A stretch of 64,000 bases of DNA from an uncultured Gemmatimonadaceae bacterium (GCA_963829055.1 CAWHHI010000016.1:1120001-1184000); one strand, 5' to 3'; shown: positions 19,675 through 31,380, numbered from the stretch's first letter. Notes: a model not told the origin generated them from the letters alone. Program-made: numbers and translations.

Positions 19675-21086
19675 ACGCGCTCGACGCGGAGCACGTTGGT
19701 GGTGCCGGGAACGTCGAAGGGTACGCCTGCCGTGACGAGCACGCGATCACCTTCCTTCGCGAGCCCGCGCGACAGCACGACGTCACGCGCACGCGCGACC
19801 ATCGCTTCGTAGGTCGCGCAGTGGGGCACGAGCTGCGGGATCACACCCCACACCATCGCGAGCTGGCTGTACGTGCGGGGAACGTCCGTCAGCGCCAGGA
19901 TCGGCACGGCGGGACGATGCGGCGGACACGATACGCGCGCTGGAGCCGCTCTTCGTGAAGACGATGATGATTGGAGCACCAAGCATCCGCTGCGCCGTGT
20001 CCGTCGCGGCGGCGATCGTTTCCTCCGTGGTCGCGATGATCTCAGGACCGATGTACCCGTCGCGCGCCCGCTTGAACGGATGCTGTTCGATCTCGGCGAT
20101 GATGCGGCGCATGGCCTGCACCGCGAGTCGCGGATACGCGCCGGCCGCCGTCTCGGCCGACAGCATCACCGCGTCCGTTCCATCGATGATCGCGTTCGCG
20201 ACGTCGCTGGCCTCGGCGCGCGTGGGCCGAGGATTCTCGATCATCGACTCCAGCATCTGCGTCGCCGTGATGACCGGCCGCCCGATGATGTTCGCGGACT
20301 TGATGATCTTCTTCTGAGCGATCGGGACTTCCTCGAACGGCAGCTCGACGCCCAGATCCCCGCGCGCGACCATCACGCCGTCGGACTCGCGCAGAATGCT
20401 CTCGATGTTCTCGAGCGCGGAGTCCTTCTCGATCTTCGCGATGATGAGCACCGGTCTTCGGCAGGAGCGCGCGCAGCTCGGCGATATCCGCGGCTCGACG
20501 GACGAAGCTCAATGCGACGTAGTCGAGTCCCTGCTCGACAGCGAACGCCGCATCGACACGGTCCTTGTCCGTGATCGACGGCGCCGAGACGTTGACGCCG
20601 GGAAGGTTGATGCCTTTGTGGCTCTTCACCTCACCGCCGTGTACCACGCGTGCGGTGACGCGGGGCGTCTCGACGTCCAGAACGACGAGCTCGATCAGAC
20701 CATCGTCGACGAGGATGCGGTCACCGACGTGTACGTCGTCGGCGAGCGCCACGTACGTGACCGGCATCTCGCCGGGCCGGGCGTCATGCTCCGGACAGAA
20801 GACGACGTCCGACCCCGGTTCGAGTAACCGTGGCGCGTCCAGATCGCCAATGCGGATGCGTGGACCCTGGAGGTCGCCGAGAATCGCGACCGGACGCTCT
20901 CGCTGTTTCGCCAGATCGCGCACGATCGCGATCGTGCGCGCATGCTGTTCGTGCGTACCGTGTGAGAAGTTGATGCGAGCGACATTCGAGCCCGGCGTCC
21001 ATGAGCGCGCCGATGGCCTCCGGCGTCGACGTGGCAGGACCGAGCGTACAGACGACCTTCGTGCGCGGTTGGTGGTTCGTGGGCAC
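19671..21086 (-). CDS. pyk: Pyruvate kinase (about 3 frameshifts, near 20990, 20455, 19925)
   Basis: [70 protein letters not shown] spread over four frames. Confidence 0.9.
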
Positions 21087-21193
21087 GGAGTGATAGGAAA
21101 ACGATGGGGGAACGTCATCACGCGCGATGCGAAATGCACCGCCGGGCGGTCGCAGACTCTGAGAGTCGGCGACCGCGATGTCAGTGGCGCGAA

Positions 21194-22340
21194 TCAGCGA
21201 CTGGCGCCGATCGGCCGACCGAGTGTCTTGGTCTTTCTCTCGAGACCCGCAATGAGCGAGTCGAACGACTTCTGAAAGCTCGCGAGACCATCGACGAGCA
21301 GCTTCTTCGTGACGTCGTTGAAATCGATCCCGATCTCTGCGAGCTGTTCCATCACGCGTTGCGCTTCCCGCGTGTTGCGATCGACCGTGCGGGCGACGAC
21401 GCCATGGTCCCTGAACGCGTCCATCGTGGCCGGAGGCATCGTATTGACCGTGTCCGGCCCGATGAGCTCCTCGACGTACACCACGTCGCGATACGCGGGG
21501 TTCTTTGCGCTCGTGCTGGCCCACAGCGGACGCTGGAGACGCGCGCCGCGCGCTTGAAGCTTCGGCCCAACGGTCGCTGCTGAACGAGTCGCGGAACAGT
21601 TGATACGCGAGCTGCGCATTTGCCACCGCCGCGCGACCCTTGAGCGCCATCGCACGATCCTTCGTGGCGGGATCTGCCTTTGCGGCGATGGCGTCGAGGC
21701 GCTTGTCGACCTCGGAATCGACACGACTCACGAAGAAGCTCGCCACCGACGCGATGCCGGCAATGTCCTTGCCCGCCGCCAGGCGGTCCTCGAGGCCACC
21801 CATGTACGCCTCGATCACCTGCCGATGCGCGTCAATGGAAAACAGCAACGTGATGTTCACGTTGATCCCATCGGCGATGAGCGAGCGGACCGCACGCGCG
21901 CCCTCGGCGGTTCCCGGAATCTTCACCATCACGTTAGGCCGATCGACCGTCGACCAGAGCCGCCTCGCCTCGGCCACCGAGGCCGCCGTGTCGCTGGAAA
22001 CGCCGGGCGAGACCTCGATCGATACGTAGCCGTCGCCGCCGTTTCCGGTGCGGTACGTGTCGGCGAAGATGTCGCACGCGGACCGGACGTCGGTCGTCTC
22101 GACGAGCTCGAACAGGTCCCAGGCGGTCAATCCGGGCGGCGCCGATTTGATCTGATCGTCGTACTCGTCGCCCTCGCCGAGCGCCTTCTCGAAGATGGTC
22201 GGATTCGACGTCATGCCGGACAGCGCGTCCTCGCGGATCAGCCGCGCGAGCTCGCCATTTCGGAGAATCGTCCGGTCGATGAAATCCAGCCAGACCGATT
22301 GGCCGGCTTCGTGTAGCTCGGTAAGCCGATTGGTCGTCAT
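21194..22340 (-). CDS. tal: Transaldolase (frameshift near 21570)
   Basis: SVWLDFI, TSNPTIF, SIEVSP, NVMVKIP, NITLLFS, SFFVSRVD, then QRPLWAST, NTMP in a second frame. Confidence 0.92.
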
Positions 22341-22510
22341 TCCAGGTATGCGATCGAAGTGGTGGACCTGACTCGGGATCCCCGACGCGGGATGCACGTG
22401 GAAACATACCACGCGCCTGGCGGGCGCGTCGACGCTTCGGCGGTGAACGAACCGACGGCCGGGAAGGCGTCGGTGGGCTTGCTGCGCCCTGGCGAGCCGT
22501 CGCGCCCCGC

Positions 22511-24485
22511 ATGACCGCGAAGATCGTCGCGACGCACCGTGCGGCCCTCCGCTGGTGGCGCTCGCGCTCGCTGGCAGCGCAGCTCGTCCTCACAAATCTG
22601 GGCGTCGTGGTGCTCTGGGCGGCGACGACGCGGCAGATCGTTTCCCTCCAGAGCGGACGTCGTGAAGCCGCCGAGAATGCGGCCGTGCGCGCTGGGGCGG
22701 CAGTGCTCGTCACGGCGCGAATCGAGCCGGCGCTCGCGACCCTGGAGACGGGCCAACGAGGGTTCGTGCTCACGGGCGACTCGGCGTTCCTCGCTCCGTA
22801 TCGGCGCGGTCAGGCAGAGATCGCCACCACACTCGACTCACTGGCGAAGCTCGCGCGCAGCAACGAGGCGCTGACCTCCGCCACGAGCAGCGTGGATCAA
22901 GCGATCGGTTCGTGGGCCGAGGCGGCCAATCGGCAGTTCGCCGCCCGCGCCGCCGACGCGTCCCGGGATACGGTCGCGGCGCTGCGCGACGACGTCGCGA
23001 TGCTCATGGAGCGTGCGCGCGCGTCGACGAAGGCGCTCGAACGCATCACGCGCATTCAGGCAGAGCAAAGCGAGGCGGAGGCGGCGTCGCAGATCGAGTT
23101 CGACGCTCGCGAGTCGTTACTCGTTCGGCTGCTCCTTCTCGCGATGATCGTGCTCGCCACGACCGCGAGTCTGCGGCGCGTCACCAGCACCCTCGACGCG
23201 ATCGTCTTCGATGCGCGCGCGCTGGCGGCGGGCGACCATCGCGCCGCGGTTCGCTCTGTCGCCGGCGGGAGCCGGGAACTGGGTCAACTCGGTCAGGCAT
23301 TCGGCACGCTCGCGGCCGCGGTTGCCGAGCGCGAAACTGGGCTGCGCGATGACATCCGACAGCTCAAGGAAGTCGAGCGACTGAAAACGGAATTCGTGTC
23401 GACCGTGAGCCACGAGCTTCGCACGCCACTCACGGCCATTCGCGGCGCACTCGGATTGGTGCTCGCGGGAACGACCGGATCTGTTGCGCCGAAGACGCGT
23501 GACCTGCTCCAGATCGGGTTGCAGAATACCGAGCGGTTGATCCGACTCATCAACGACATCCTCGACGTCGAACGCATAGAGGGCGGCCACCTGTTCGTGC
23601 GTCGCGAGCCGTGCGAGCTCGCTGACATCCTGCGCACGACCGTCGAATCGCTGCGCACCGTCGCCATGGAAGCACAGGTGTCGTTGGTGCTCGCAGTGGA
23701 GACGAGCGCGATCGTCACCGGCGACCCCGATCGTCTCGTGCAGGTATTCACGAATCTGATCTCGAACGCCGTACGCTTCTCACCGCGGGGAGAGTCGGTG
23801 ACCGTGGCGCTGCGCACGACATCGACCAGCGTCGTGGTGTTCGTCACCGATCGCGGGCCCGGAATTCCGCTCGAGTTTCGGCGACGCATCTTCGGCAAGT
23901 TCCAGCAGGCGGATCCCGCCGGTTCCGCGGGCGGCGCTGGTCTCGGGCTCGCGATCGTGCAGGCGATTGTCGAGCGACACGGCGGCTCCATTCGCTTCGA
24001 TAGCGCACCGGGCCACGGCACGACGTTCATCACCGAGCTCCCCTACACCGCTCCGAGCGCGTCGATTGGGTCTGCGGCGTTAGGCCGTCATCGCCTGCTC
24101 GTCGTCGACGACGATCGCGACATGCTGAGCGTGCTGCGCTCGTTATGCGAATCGGTCGGAGCCGTCACCGCGGTGGGCTCGCCTGACGAGGCATGGCGGA
24201 TGCTCATGCAATCGCCGTTCGACGCGATCGTGATCGATCCGTGGGCGCCCGGGTCGCCGGGCATGGACCTCGTGAAGCGGTTGCGTCAACTGCTCGACGT
24301 ACGCTGACGTCCCGGTGCTCGTGTTCTCGTCCCGCGAGTTCTCCGACGAGGAGCTTCAGGGCATCACGCTCGCGCCGTCGCACGCGTTCGTGAAGGCGCG
24401 CGATCGCGAGCAGGATCTGCTGCTTCGTCTCAAGGCCGTGCTGGCGGTCCGCCGACCGCGACGTCCTGTCGCGGTGCCCGCGTGA
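22511..24485 (+). CDS. CHASE3/HAMP hybrid sensor histidine kinase with C-terminal REC (frameshift near 24290)
   Basis: LETGQRGFVLTGD (CHASE3), [33 protein letters not shown] continues in another frame to TGA 24485. Confidence 0.88.
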
Positions 24486-24565
24486 GGCACTCGATGCAGG
24501 GCACTCGGAGAGGCATCAGACGTTCGACCCCGAGATGATGCCTGTGTCGTTAGGCCGGAGAAAGA

Positions 24566-26512
24566 CTAGCTGGCAGCGCGCTCGCGCCAGAGCGGGATCT
24601 TGCCCGCCAGTGTTCGGAAGCCGACAGGTTTCGCGACGTAGTCGAGTGCGCCGGCACGAAGGGCGCGCACCTGATCGCCCTCGCCTGCGTTGCCGGTGAT
24701 GAACACGACGGCATAGGCGTCCGGACGCTCCTCGCGCAGGCGCTCGTGCACCGAGTGTCCGTCGAGTCCCGGGAGGTCGACATCGAGGAGCACGAGCGGG
24801 CGCCGGCCTTCGGTTCGGAAGCCCATCAGGGCCTCGAGCGCGGCTTCGCCATTCGCGTACGCGCGGAAGCTCAATCCCGAAGCGCGCAGGACGTACTGCA
24901 TCATGTCCGACAGCGCGGCGTCGTCCTCGATGAGGATGACCTGCGGCGCCAACCCCGCCTCCTGTTGACGCCAGCGCCTAACGGGCGCCGCTCGGTCCTG
25001 CCGGGCGATCTCGATGGCTTCCTCGGCGGCGCGCCGCAGCGCGGTCACGTCTGCCGCCACCTCGGACGTATCCACGATGCCGCAGCGCCACACTGGCGCG
25101 CCCTCGGCACGGCCGACCACGAGCGCTTCGAACAATGACTCCGCGACCTCCGCGTCGCCTTCGAGGACCGCCAGCAGCGCGACCCCGTCGTGATAGCCGA
25201 CCACGCTCGACGAGCCGGCGACGGCGTTCGCGATACGCTGCGTCTCGCGCAGCCATCCCATGGCGGTATCGCCAGCGAGATCATCCACGTCCGGCCGCAC
25301 GATGGCCATCACGATACCGCGACCGTGTTCCGCGGCGGAGCCGACGAACGCTCCGACGTCCGCCGTCGTTCGCGGTGGCAACGGCAACCCGGTGCCCGGA
25401 TGGCGGCCCTCGCTCAGCCGCACTACGCGCTGGCGCTCGAGGTGGCGCGCGATACAGGCACGGAGATCAGGAGCCGAGATGGGCTTCGCGAGGAAGTCAT
25501 CGACGCCCGCGCGTCTCGCCTGCTCCTGCGTGCGCGCTTCGGTGTCGGCGGAGATCAGCACGATGGGAAGATCGCGATACGCCGGTAGCGTCCGCAGTTC
25601 TCGCGCAAGCTCGATACCGGAGACGTCGCCCATGCGTACATCCATGACCAGCAGCGACGGCGCGGTAGCCGCGAGATGCTGGTGAAGATCGCTCGGCGTA
25701 TCGCACGTCATGCTGCGCACGCCCTCACTCTCCAGCAGCAGCTGAACGATCGTCAGGATGGATGGGTCGTCATCGAGCACGAGGATCGTAGCCCCCGCGG
25801 TCGAGCTGCCAAGCGACAGGCGATCGGCGAGATCGAACAACGTCCCGAGCTCATCGTCCTGGTCCACCATCGCGATGCCGTCTCCCCCGGCGGCGCCGTG
25901 ATCCGGAGGCGCCCCGGGTTCGGCGAGCGCGATGACAGGAACGTTCGCCGCCGCGGTGAGCTCGCGCGTCGCGACGATGTTCTGGGCCGGAATGACCACG
26001 ACGTGCGGCGCCAGCTCGCGGAGCGAGATCGCGGTGAGATCAGCCGCGCGTCCCGACGACAGCTGGTAGCCGCGAAGGGCAGCTTCGGCACGCAGACCAC
26101 GTGAGTAGGCGGCGGGAACGTCGACGAGCATCATGCGACGGCGCGACACGCCAACATGGCCGACCCCTACCTCCGCCGACATCGAGAGCCGCAGCGCGCT
26201 CACGAAATGGCCGATGATCGTGGACCGCTGCGCGCGCTCGATCGACGGGTCCTGTTCCCAACCCGCGACGCGCTGCTCCAGCTTCGCCGCGAGACGACTC
26301 GCTTCGATGAAGCCGTAGCTCCCGGCTGTCCCGTGGACGCGATGGAGCTCGCGACGAAGCGCCTCTATCGTCTCGGGTGCCGCGGCGTCGACGACGAGCT
26401 GCTGCGCGAGGTCGTCCAGCGTCGCAATGGTGCCCGCGCTGGTCTCGCGGAAGCGCTCGCGCAACGCCCGCAGCGCATCACTCGCCCGCGCGACGGTCTG
26501 GGCGTTGGCCAT
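24566..26512 (-). CDS. Hpt - REC - degenerate GGDEF - REC signalling protein
   Basis: LHRVHGTAGSYGF Hpt motif; REC (LDDD, MDVRM, KP); GGDEF-like region reading GYHDGV; second REC (IEDD, LDVDLP, KP). Confidence 0.8.
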   Translation of the reverse strand: MANAQTVARASDALRALRERFRETSAGTIATLDDLAQQLVVDAAAPETIEALRRELHRVHGTAGSYGFIEASRLAAKLEQRVAGWEQDPSIERAQRSTIIGHFVSALRLSMSAEVGVGHVGVSRRRMMLVDVPAAYSRGLRAEAALRGYQLSSGRAADLTAISLRELAPHVVVIPAQNIVATRELTAAANVPVIALAEPGAPPDHGAAGGDGIAMVDQDDELGTLFDLADRLSLGSSTAGATILVLDDDPSILTIVQLLLESEGVRSMTCDTPSDLHQHLAATAPSLLVMDVRMGDVSGIELARELRTLPAYRDLPIVLISADTEARTQEQARRAGVDDFLAKPISAPDLRACIARHLERQRVVRLSEGRHPGTGLPLPPRTTADVGAFVGSAAEHGRGIVMAIVRPDVDDLAGDTAMGWLRETQRIANAVAGSSSVVGYHDGVALLAVLEGDAEVAESLFEALVVGRAEGAPVWRCGIVDTSEVAADVTALRRAAEEAIEIARQDRAAPVRRWRQQEAGLAPQVILIEDDAALSDMMQYVLRASGLSFRAYANGEAALEALMGFRTEGRRPLVLLDVDLPGLDGHSVHERLREERPDAYAVVFITGNAGEGDQVRALRAGALDYVAKPVGFRTLAGKIPLWRERAAS

Positions 26513-26681
26513 CAAGCGGTCATGGAAACGGAAATGCCGACGCAGGTGGGTGGTGGCCGGCGGGACAGGCCACCGCGGTGCCGTGACGCGGTACACGCTA
26601 CAGACGTCCGAGAGCAGACCCGGTCACGCCGCGCACCGCGCTCTCACCCTTGCTCGCCGCCCCCCTGCTCACGCCCGACGG

Positions 26682-27053
26682 ATGAAGCTTCTCTGCGCCG
26701 ACGACGAGCCGGACCTGCGAACGATTCTCGCGCTCGCTCTGTCGATCGACCCCGGGCTCGACGTCGAAATCGTGTCGTCCGGCACCGAACTGTTGGAACG
26801 CGCGTCGCACAAACGCTACGATGCGTTCGTGCTCGACGGGATGATGCCGGGACTGGACGGCTACGAGACGTGTCGCCGACTCAAGGACGACCCGACGACG
26901 GCCGCCATTCCCGTGGTCTTCCTGACGGCCAAAACCCAACAGGAAGAGGTGCGACGCGCGATGGCACTCGGCGCCACCGCCTGCTTGACGAAGCCGTTCG
27001 ATCCGCTCACGCTCGCGACCGAGCTACGCGCCGCCCTCGAGCCAGGTGCCTGA
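26682..27053 (+). CDS. Single-domain response regulator
   Basis: ADDE, LDGMMPGLDG, FLTAK, KPFDP. Confidence 0.9.
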   Translation: MKLLCADDEPDLRTILALALSIDPGLDVEIVSSGTELLERASHKRYDAFVLDGMMPGLDGYETCRRLKDDPTTAAIPVVFLTAKTQQEEVRRAMALGATACLTKPFDPLTLATELRAALEPGA

Positions 27054-27066
27054 CGAGTCGCGTCGC

Positions 27067-29382
27067 CTAACGCGGCAGCGTGGCTCCGTGCGACTCGCCG
27101 ACGCTTGCGTCGACGGTGTGAGCAAAGTGAACCGGTAGCCCCACCGAGAAGGTGGTACCGACGCCGTAGACGCTCTCCACCTGCACTTTGCCGCCCAGCC
27201 GCTCGAGCAGCTTGCGCGTGATGCTCAGTCCGAGACCAGTGCCGCCGAACTCTCGCGTCCGCGACTGATCGATCTGGCGGAAGTCTTCCCAGATCGCGTC
27301 GAGGTGTTCGCCCTTGATGCCGATGCCGCTGTCGCTGACGGCGATGTGCACGTGATCATCCGCGCGGGTCGCGTCCAGTCGCACCCAGCCGACGTGGGTG
27401 AACTTCACCGCGTTCGAGAGCAGGTTCAGCAGGATCTGCTTGAGCTTCGTGCGGTCCGTGTAGACGACCATGCCGTCATCCGCGACGCGATACGTCACGT
27501 CCAGGCCTTTCTTGCGGACCATTGGCTCGAGCTGCTGCGCGACCTCGGTCACGACGTCCGCGAGCGGAATCTCCTCGAGGTGCAGCGGCATCTTCCCCGC
27601 TTCGATCTTCGCCAGATCGAGAATGTCATCGATGAGCGCCTGCAGATGCTGGCCAGCCGCACGAATGCGCTCCAGGCTATCGATCTGCTGGAGCGTGACT
27701 TCGCCGAACAGCCGATCGAGCAGCAGCGACGTGTGACCCAGCACCGCGTTGAGCGGCGTGCGCAACTCGTGCGACATACTGGCGAGGAATTCCGACTTCA
27801 AGCGATTCGCGCGCGCCAGCTCCTGTGACTGCCACTGGAGCTTGAGGTTCTGCGCTTCGAGGTCGCTCGTCGCGGCGCGGATGCGCTCTTCGAGCTGCGC
27901 GGAGAATTTCTTGAGCTCCTCGTACAGTCGCTCGTTCTCGACCTGTTTCGTGAGGTCGTGCACGACCGACACGATGACGCTCGGCTCACCGTGCTCGTTG
28001 ATGATCTTGCCGGACACCACCTCGACCGGCAGCTCGCGCCCGCCAGACGGATCGGTGAGCGTCATCCGGGCGCGTCGCGAGATCGCGGTGCCTAACGTGA
28101 ACTCGGAGATGAACGACGTGAACTTCGTGTCGTTGCCGCGAATCGCCTGGATGGCTCCGTAGTTCCGCTTGCCGCCTTCGCGCACCTGGAACAGTCGCTC
28201 GGCCTCGTCGTTCATCATGATGATGTTCGACTGGTCGTCGGTGACGAGGATCGGGTCGGCGACGTTCTCGAGAATGAGGTTCAGCCGATCGCGCTCGCGC
28301 GTCGCCTCGAACTCGGCGAGGCGGACGCGTTGCATCTGCCGCTCGAGCTCGTGCCCCGCCCGACGCAGGTCGGTGACGTCGCGCAGGACCGAGAGCACCG
28401 CGCCGGCGCGTTCCGCCTCGCCATCGAGCGGGTGCGCGAGTACCTCGAACAGCAGGTCGGTGCCCTCACCGGGGTCGACGAGGTTGAGCTCGCGCGGGCC
28501 GCTCTGGAGGCCGCCGGTCATCACCGCGCGCGCGAGGTACGACGTGAACAGCAGGTTGTTCACCTCGACCGCGCGCCGCCGGCCTTCCGAGTCCGAATCG
28601 CGCGTATTGAGCAGACGCTCGGCGCGCGCGTTCTGAACGATGATGTCGTTGGCGGCGTTCGTGATGACGATCGGGTCGGGCAGCGAGTCGATGATGCTCG
28701 TTAGGCGATCACGTTCCTTCGTCGCCCGGTCCGCCGCCTGGCGCACCGCGGTCGCCATGCCCATGCGCGCCAGAATGGGGCCGGCGAACATCGCGACGCG
28801 CGCCAGCGCCTCGACCGTGTCCTCGCCGTGCGTGCCCTCGAGCACGACGACGCCGGCCGGCGCGTGTCCGAACCATTCCTGCTGGCGTGCCGGGCGTGGG
28901 CCGACGCGCAGGCCCACCGGTGTCACGAGGTCGACGGCCCGGGCGAAGGGGACGAGCGGCGGGCCTGCGCGGTCGTCGCCGCGAGGAAGCGGCAACGCGA
29001 TCCAGTCGCGAAACGGGATGCGCGAATCCCACGGCGCACCGGGCTCCGATGAGATCGGGTGCAGCGAAAGCGCGGCGATGACGACCGGATGCGACAGGTC
29101 GCTGATCGATAGCGTTCCCAGCACGTCGCCGTCGTCGAAGCCGACGACGGCGACAGAGGCAAGCGTTTCCAGCGCCGGGTCGAGGAGACGTACGTACCCT
29201 CGACTGGAACCGGACAGCTCACCGAGTCTCGACAGCAGAAACGCCGCCGACGACGCGACGTCCGGAGCCTCAGCGAGCGTCGCGAGGAGCTCGTCGAGGT
29301 CCGTGGCCGCACCGCGCGGCGGAGGCCCGCCGTCAATCAGGTCATGCGGTGGCCTGCTCAAGGCGTCGGCGTAGCTCCGCAT
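27067..29382 (-). CDS. Cytoplasmic PAS-PAS sensor histidine kinase (start uncertain, probably near 29345)
   Basis: Two PAS repeats ([24 protein letters not shown]), [31 protein letters not shown]; no TM segment; abuts gvpA. Confidence 0.88.
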   Translation of the reverse strand: MRSYADALSRPPHDLIDGGPPPRGAATDLDELLATLAEAPDVASSAAFLLSRLGELSGSSRGYVRLLDPALETLASVAVVGFDDGDVLGTLSISDLSHPVVIAALSLHPISSEPGAPWDSRIPFRDWIALPLPRGDDRAGPPLVPFARAVDLVTPVGLRVGPRPARQQEWFGHAPAGVVVLEGTHGEDTVEALARVAMFAGPILARMGMATAVRQAADRATKERDRLTSIIDSLPDPIVITNAANDIIVQNARAERLLNTRDSDSEGRRRAVEVNNLLFTSYLARAVMTGGLQSGPRELNLVDPGEGTDLLFEVLAHPLDGEAERAGAVLSVLRDVTDLRRAGHELERQMQRVRLAEFEATRERDRLNLILENVADPILVTDDQSNIIMMNDEAERLFQVREGGKRNYGAIQAIRGNDTKFTSFISEFTLGTAISRRARMTLTDPSGGRELPVEVVSGKIINEHGEPSVIVSVVHDLTKQVENERLYEELKKFSAQLEERIRAATSDLEAQNLKLQWQSQELARANRLKSEFLASMSHELRTPLNAVLGHTSLLLDRLFGEVTLQQIDSLERIRAAGQHLQALIDDILDLAKIEAGKMPLHLEEIPLADVVTEVAQQLEPMVRKKGLDVTYRVADDGMVVYTDRTKLKQILLNLLSNAVKFTHVGWVRLDATRADDHVHIAVSDSGIGIKGEHLDAIWEDFRQIDQSRTREFGGTGLGLSITRKLLERLGGKVQVESVYGVGTTFSVGLPVHFAHTVDASVGESHGATLPR

Positions 29383-29644
29383 TCTCGCGCATCACACGCT
29401 CGAGTTCCGAGTCGGTGTCGGCGACCAGTTCACGCGGCCGTGAGACTGGTGCCGTAATACCAACGGCTTCCGAGTACTTGAGATAGGTGTCGATCGACGC
29501 CACGACGATTCGAGCTTCGACGGTGACCAGGTCGATGCCGACGAGTGAGACCCGCACCCACGCATCGATCACGATTCCCTTGTCGAGAACGCGATCGAGG
29601 ACATTGATGAGAGAACTCCCACTGGGGGAGCGTTCTACGGCCAT
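29342..29644 (-). CDS. gvpA: Gas vesicle structural protein GvpA
   Basis: [53 protein letters not shown]. Confidence 0.95.
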   Translation of the reverse strand: MAVERSPSGSSLINVLDRVLDKGIVIDAWVRVSLVGIDLVTVEARIVVASIDTYLKYSEAVGITAPVSRPRELVADTDSELERVMRENAELRRRLEQATA

Positions 29645-29672
29645 TTCAGCCTACTCCGTAGGTAAGAGGATC

Positions 29673-29999
29673 TTACTTCTTCCGGCGCGACGTGCGCTCG
29701 GACGCCGCGGCAAGCTGCTCCAGGCTCTGTTCGATACGCTCGAGACGACGCTCGATGTCGCCCGCAAGAAGCGGGCTCGACTGTACAGATGTCAGCCGCG
29801 GGTCATGGCGCCACCAGTTCAACCCAATCTGCTCCGCCTTGTCGATGGAGCAGATGAGCAGCCGCACCTGAATGGTGAGCAGCTCGACGTTCGCGAGGTT
29901 GATCTTGATGTCACCGGCAATCACCAGCCCTTTGTCCAGCACGCGATCGAGAATCTCGACCAGTCCGTGACCGCGCGATGGGGTAACGAGATCCGCCAA
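29673..29999 (-). CDS. gvpJ: Gas vesicle protein GvpJ (GvpA family)
   Basis: [49 protein letters not shown]. Confidence 0.88.
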   Translation of the reverse strand: MADLVTPSRGHGLVEILDRVLDKGLVIAGDIKINLANVELLTIQVRLLICSIDKAEQIGLNWWRHDPRLTSVQSSPLLAGDIERRLERIEQSLEQLAAASERTSRRKK

Positions 30000-30040
30000 G
30001 CAGGAGCACTCCGGCGGCTGCTTTCGCTGCCGCTGTTAGC

Positions 30041-30077
30041 AGGAACGTTCAGGAACGTTCAGGAACGTGGAAGAACG
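30041..30077. repeat. 10-bp tandem repeat (AGGAACGTTC)2-AGGAACGTGG-AAGAACG between gvpK and gvpJ
   Basis: Directly visible; each unit contains the palindrome GAACGTTC. Confidence 0.75.
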
Positions 30078-30079
30078 CG

Positions 30080-30433
30080 TCAGCGCAGACGACCCAGCGG
30101 GCCCAGATCGATCTGCAAATCCTCATCGGTGAGCCCGAAAGCTCCCTTCATTTGCTGCATGCGCTCATCGAGGCGGAGGAGGGTGAGCCCGAGCCGCTCG
30201 ACCTCCTCCGCACTGAGATCGCCGCCATCCATGCGGCGCACTGCCTGATGCTCCAAGACCTTACGCACGACCTCGATCAGGGTCAAGACGAGCCTGGCGA
30301 GTCCCTGCTCCACGCGTTCCGGATCGGCATTGATCCGATCCGGTAGCGCACGCGCTACCGCCGCCAATTGCGTCGCGAGATCGTTCCGCAACGATTCATC
30401 GACGTCGAACGCCGGTTCGTGATCTTCAGGCAT
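30080..30433 (-). CDS. gvpK: Gas vesicle protein GvpK
   Basis: GLARLVLTLIEVVRKVLEHQAVRRMDGG.L..EEVERLG, IDLGPLGRL. Confidence 0.92.
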   Translation of the reverse strand: MPEDHEPAFDVDESLRNDLATQLAAVARALPDRINADPERVEQGLARLVLTLIEVVRKVLEHQAVRRMDGGDLSAEEVERLGLTLLRLDERMQQMKGAFGLTDEDLQIDLGPLGRLR

Positions 30434-31172
30434 CGGTCGAGAATGAATATGGGGCGAACGGTCCGAGGACGGATAGATCGATTTGTTGGGACGGCAAGAT
30501 ATTCTCGGCGGCGGCGCGGAACGCGTCGACGTCCGAGCGCCGGACGAGGACAGGAAAGAACGCCACGCCGCGCATCGCCTCGCAGCGCTGCTGATCGATG
30601 ATGAGGTCACCCACGGCCGCGCGAACGCTGTGACGGACCTCTTCACACGCCACCTCACGCGCAAGATCGGCCCGTCCCGCGCGGGCGAGACGGCGGAGGA
30701 ACGATGTTCCGGGTCCTTCGGCTTGCTGCTCATCGTCCACGTCGGCCGAGTCGACGCCGGCGCTCGAACCGATTGCGTCAGGTGTGGCAAACGCTGGCGT
30801 CTGCTCGTTCACGTCCACGTCCCTCCCGCGCGTGACGACGACGCGGAGCTCGACGCAACCAGACACTCTCGCCAGCCGCTCGCGAAGCGCGTGCTCGCGG
30901 TCCGCAACGGCGCGCACGAGCGCGGCGTCATCAGCGAACGATTGACCAAAACGGATCGGAAGCGGAGTGTCTCCATGCGTCAGCGCCGCGGCACAGACGG
31001 CATCGTGCGCTCTGAGACGTTCCACCGTTACGTCGACTGAGCCGTCTGCAACGTCGCCGACCCACGCGACGAGCGTCCCGGCGTCGATACTTCGGACTGG
31101 CGCGCCGTCCAGGCCAACGACCCCGTCTGGTTGCTGCGCGTCACTGCGAACGCAGTAGAGATACGATGCCAC
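30426..31172 (-). CDS. GvpL/GvpF family protein
   Basis: YLYCV, AHDAV, PLPIRFG, GPFAPYSF. Confidence 0.85.
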   Translation of the reverse strand: MASYLYCVRSDAQQPDGVVGLDGAPVRSIDAGTLVAWVGDVADGSVDVTVERLRAHDAVCAAALTHGDTPLPIRFGQSFADDAALVRAVADREHALRERLARVSGCVELRVVVTRGRDVDVNEQTPAFATPDAIGSSAGVDSADVDDEQQAEGPGTSFLRRLARAGRADLAREVACEEVRHSVRAAVGDLIIDQQRCEAMRGVAFFPVLVRRSDVDAFRAAAENILPSQQIDLSVLGPFAPYSFSTDA

Positions 31173-31173
31173 G

Positions 31174-31380
31174 CTATCGGTCGCCGCCTTCGCGCCGGCG
31201 GCGCTCCGCCGTCCGCACGGTCTCGATAGCCGTGAGCACGAGCGTGAGATCGAGTTGAATGAGGTCGATGTCGCCGACGGAAATGGTGACGCTGCCGGCG
31301 ATCACGGCACCCTTGTCCAACACGCGGTTGATGAGGTCCGCCAACTCGAGCGGAGCGTTATCGACGACGTCACCCGGCAT
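31174..31380 (-). CDS. Small GvpA-family gas vesicle protein (GvpS/GvpM-like)
   Basis: LADLINRVLDKGAVIAGSVTISVGDIDLIQLDL. Confidence 0.85.
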   Translation of the reverse strand: MPGDVVDNAPLELADLINRVLDKGAVIAGSVTISVGDIDLIQLDLTLVLTAIETVRTAERRRREGGDR

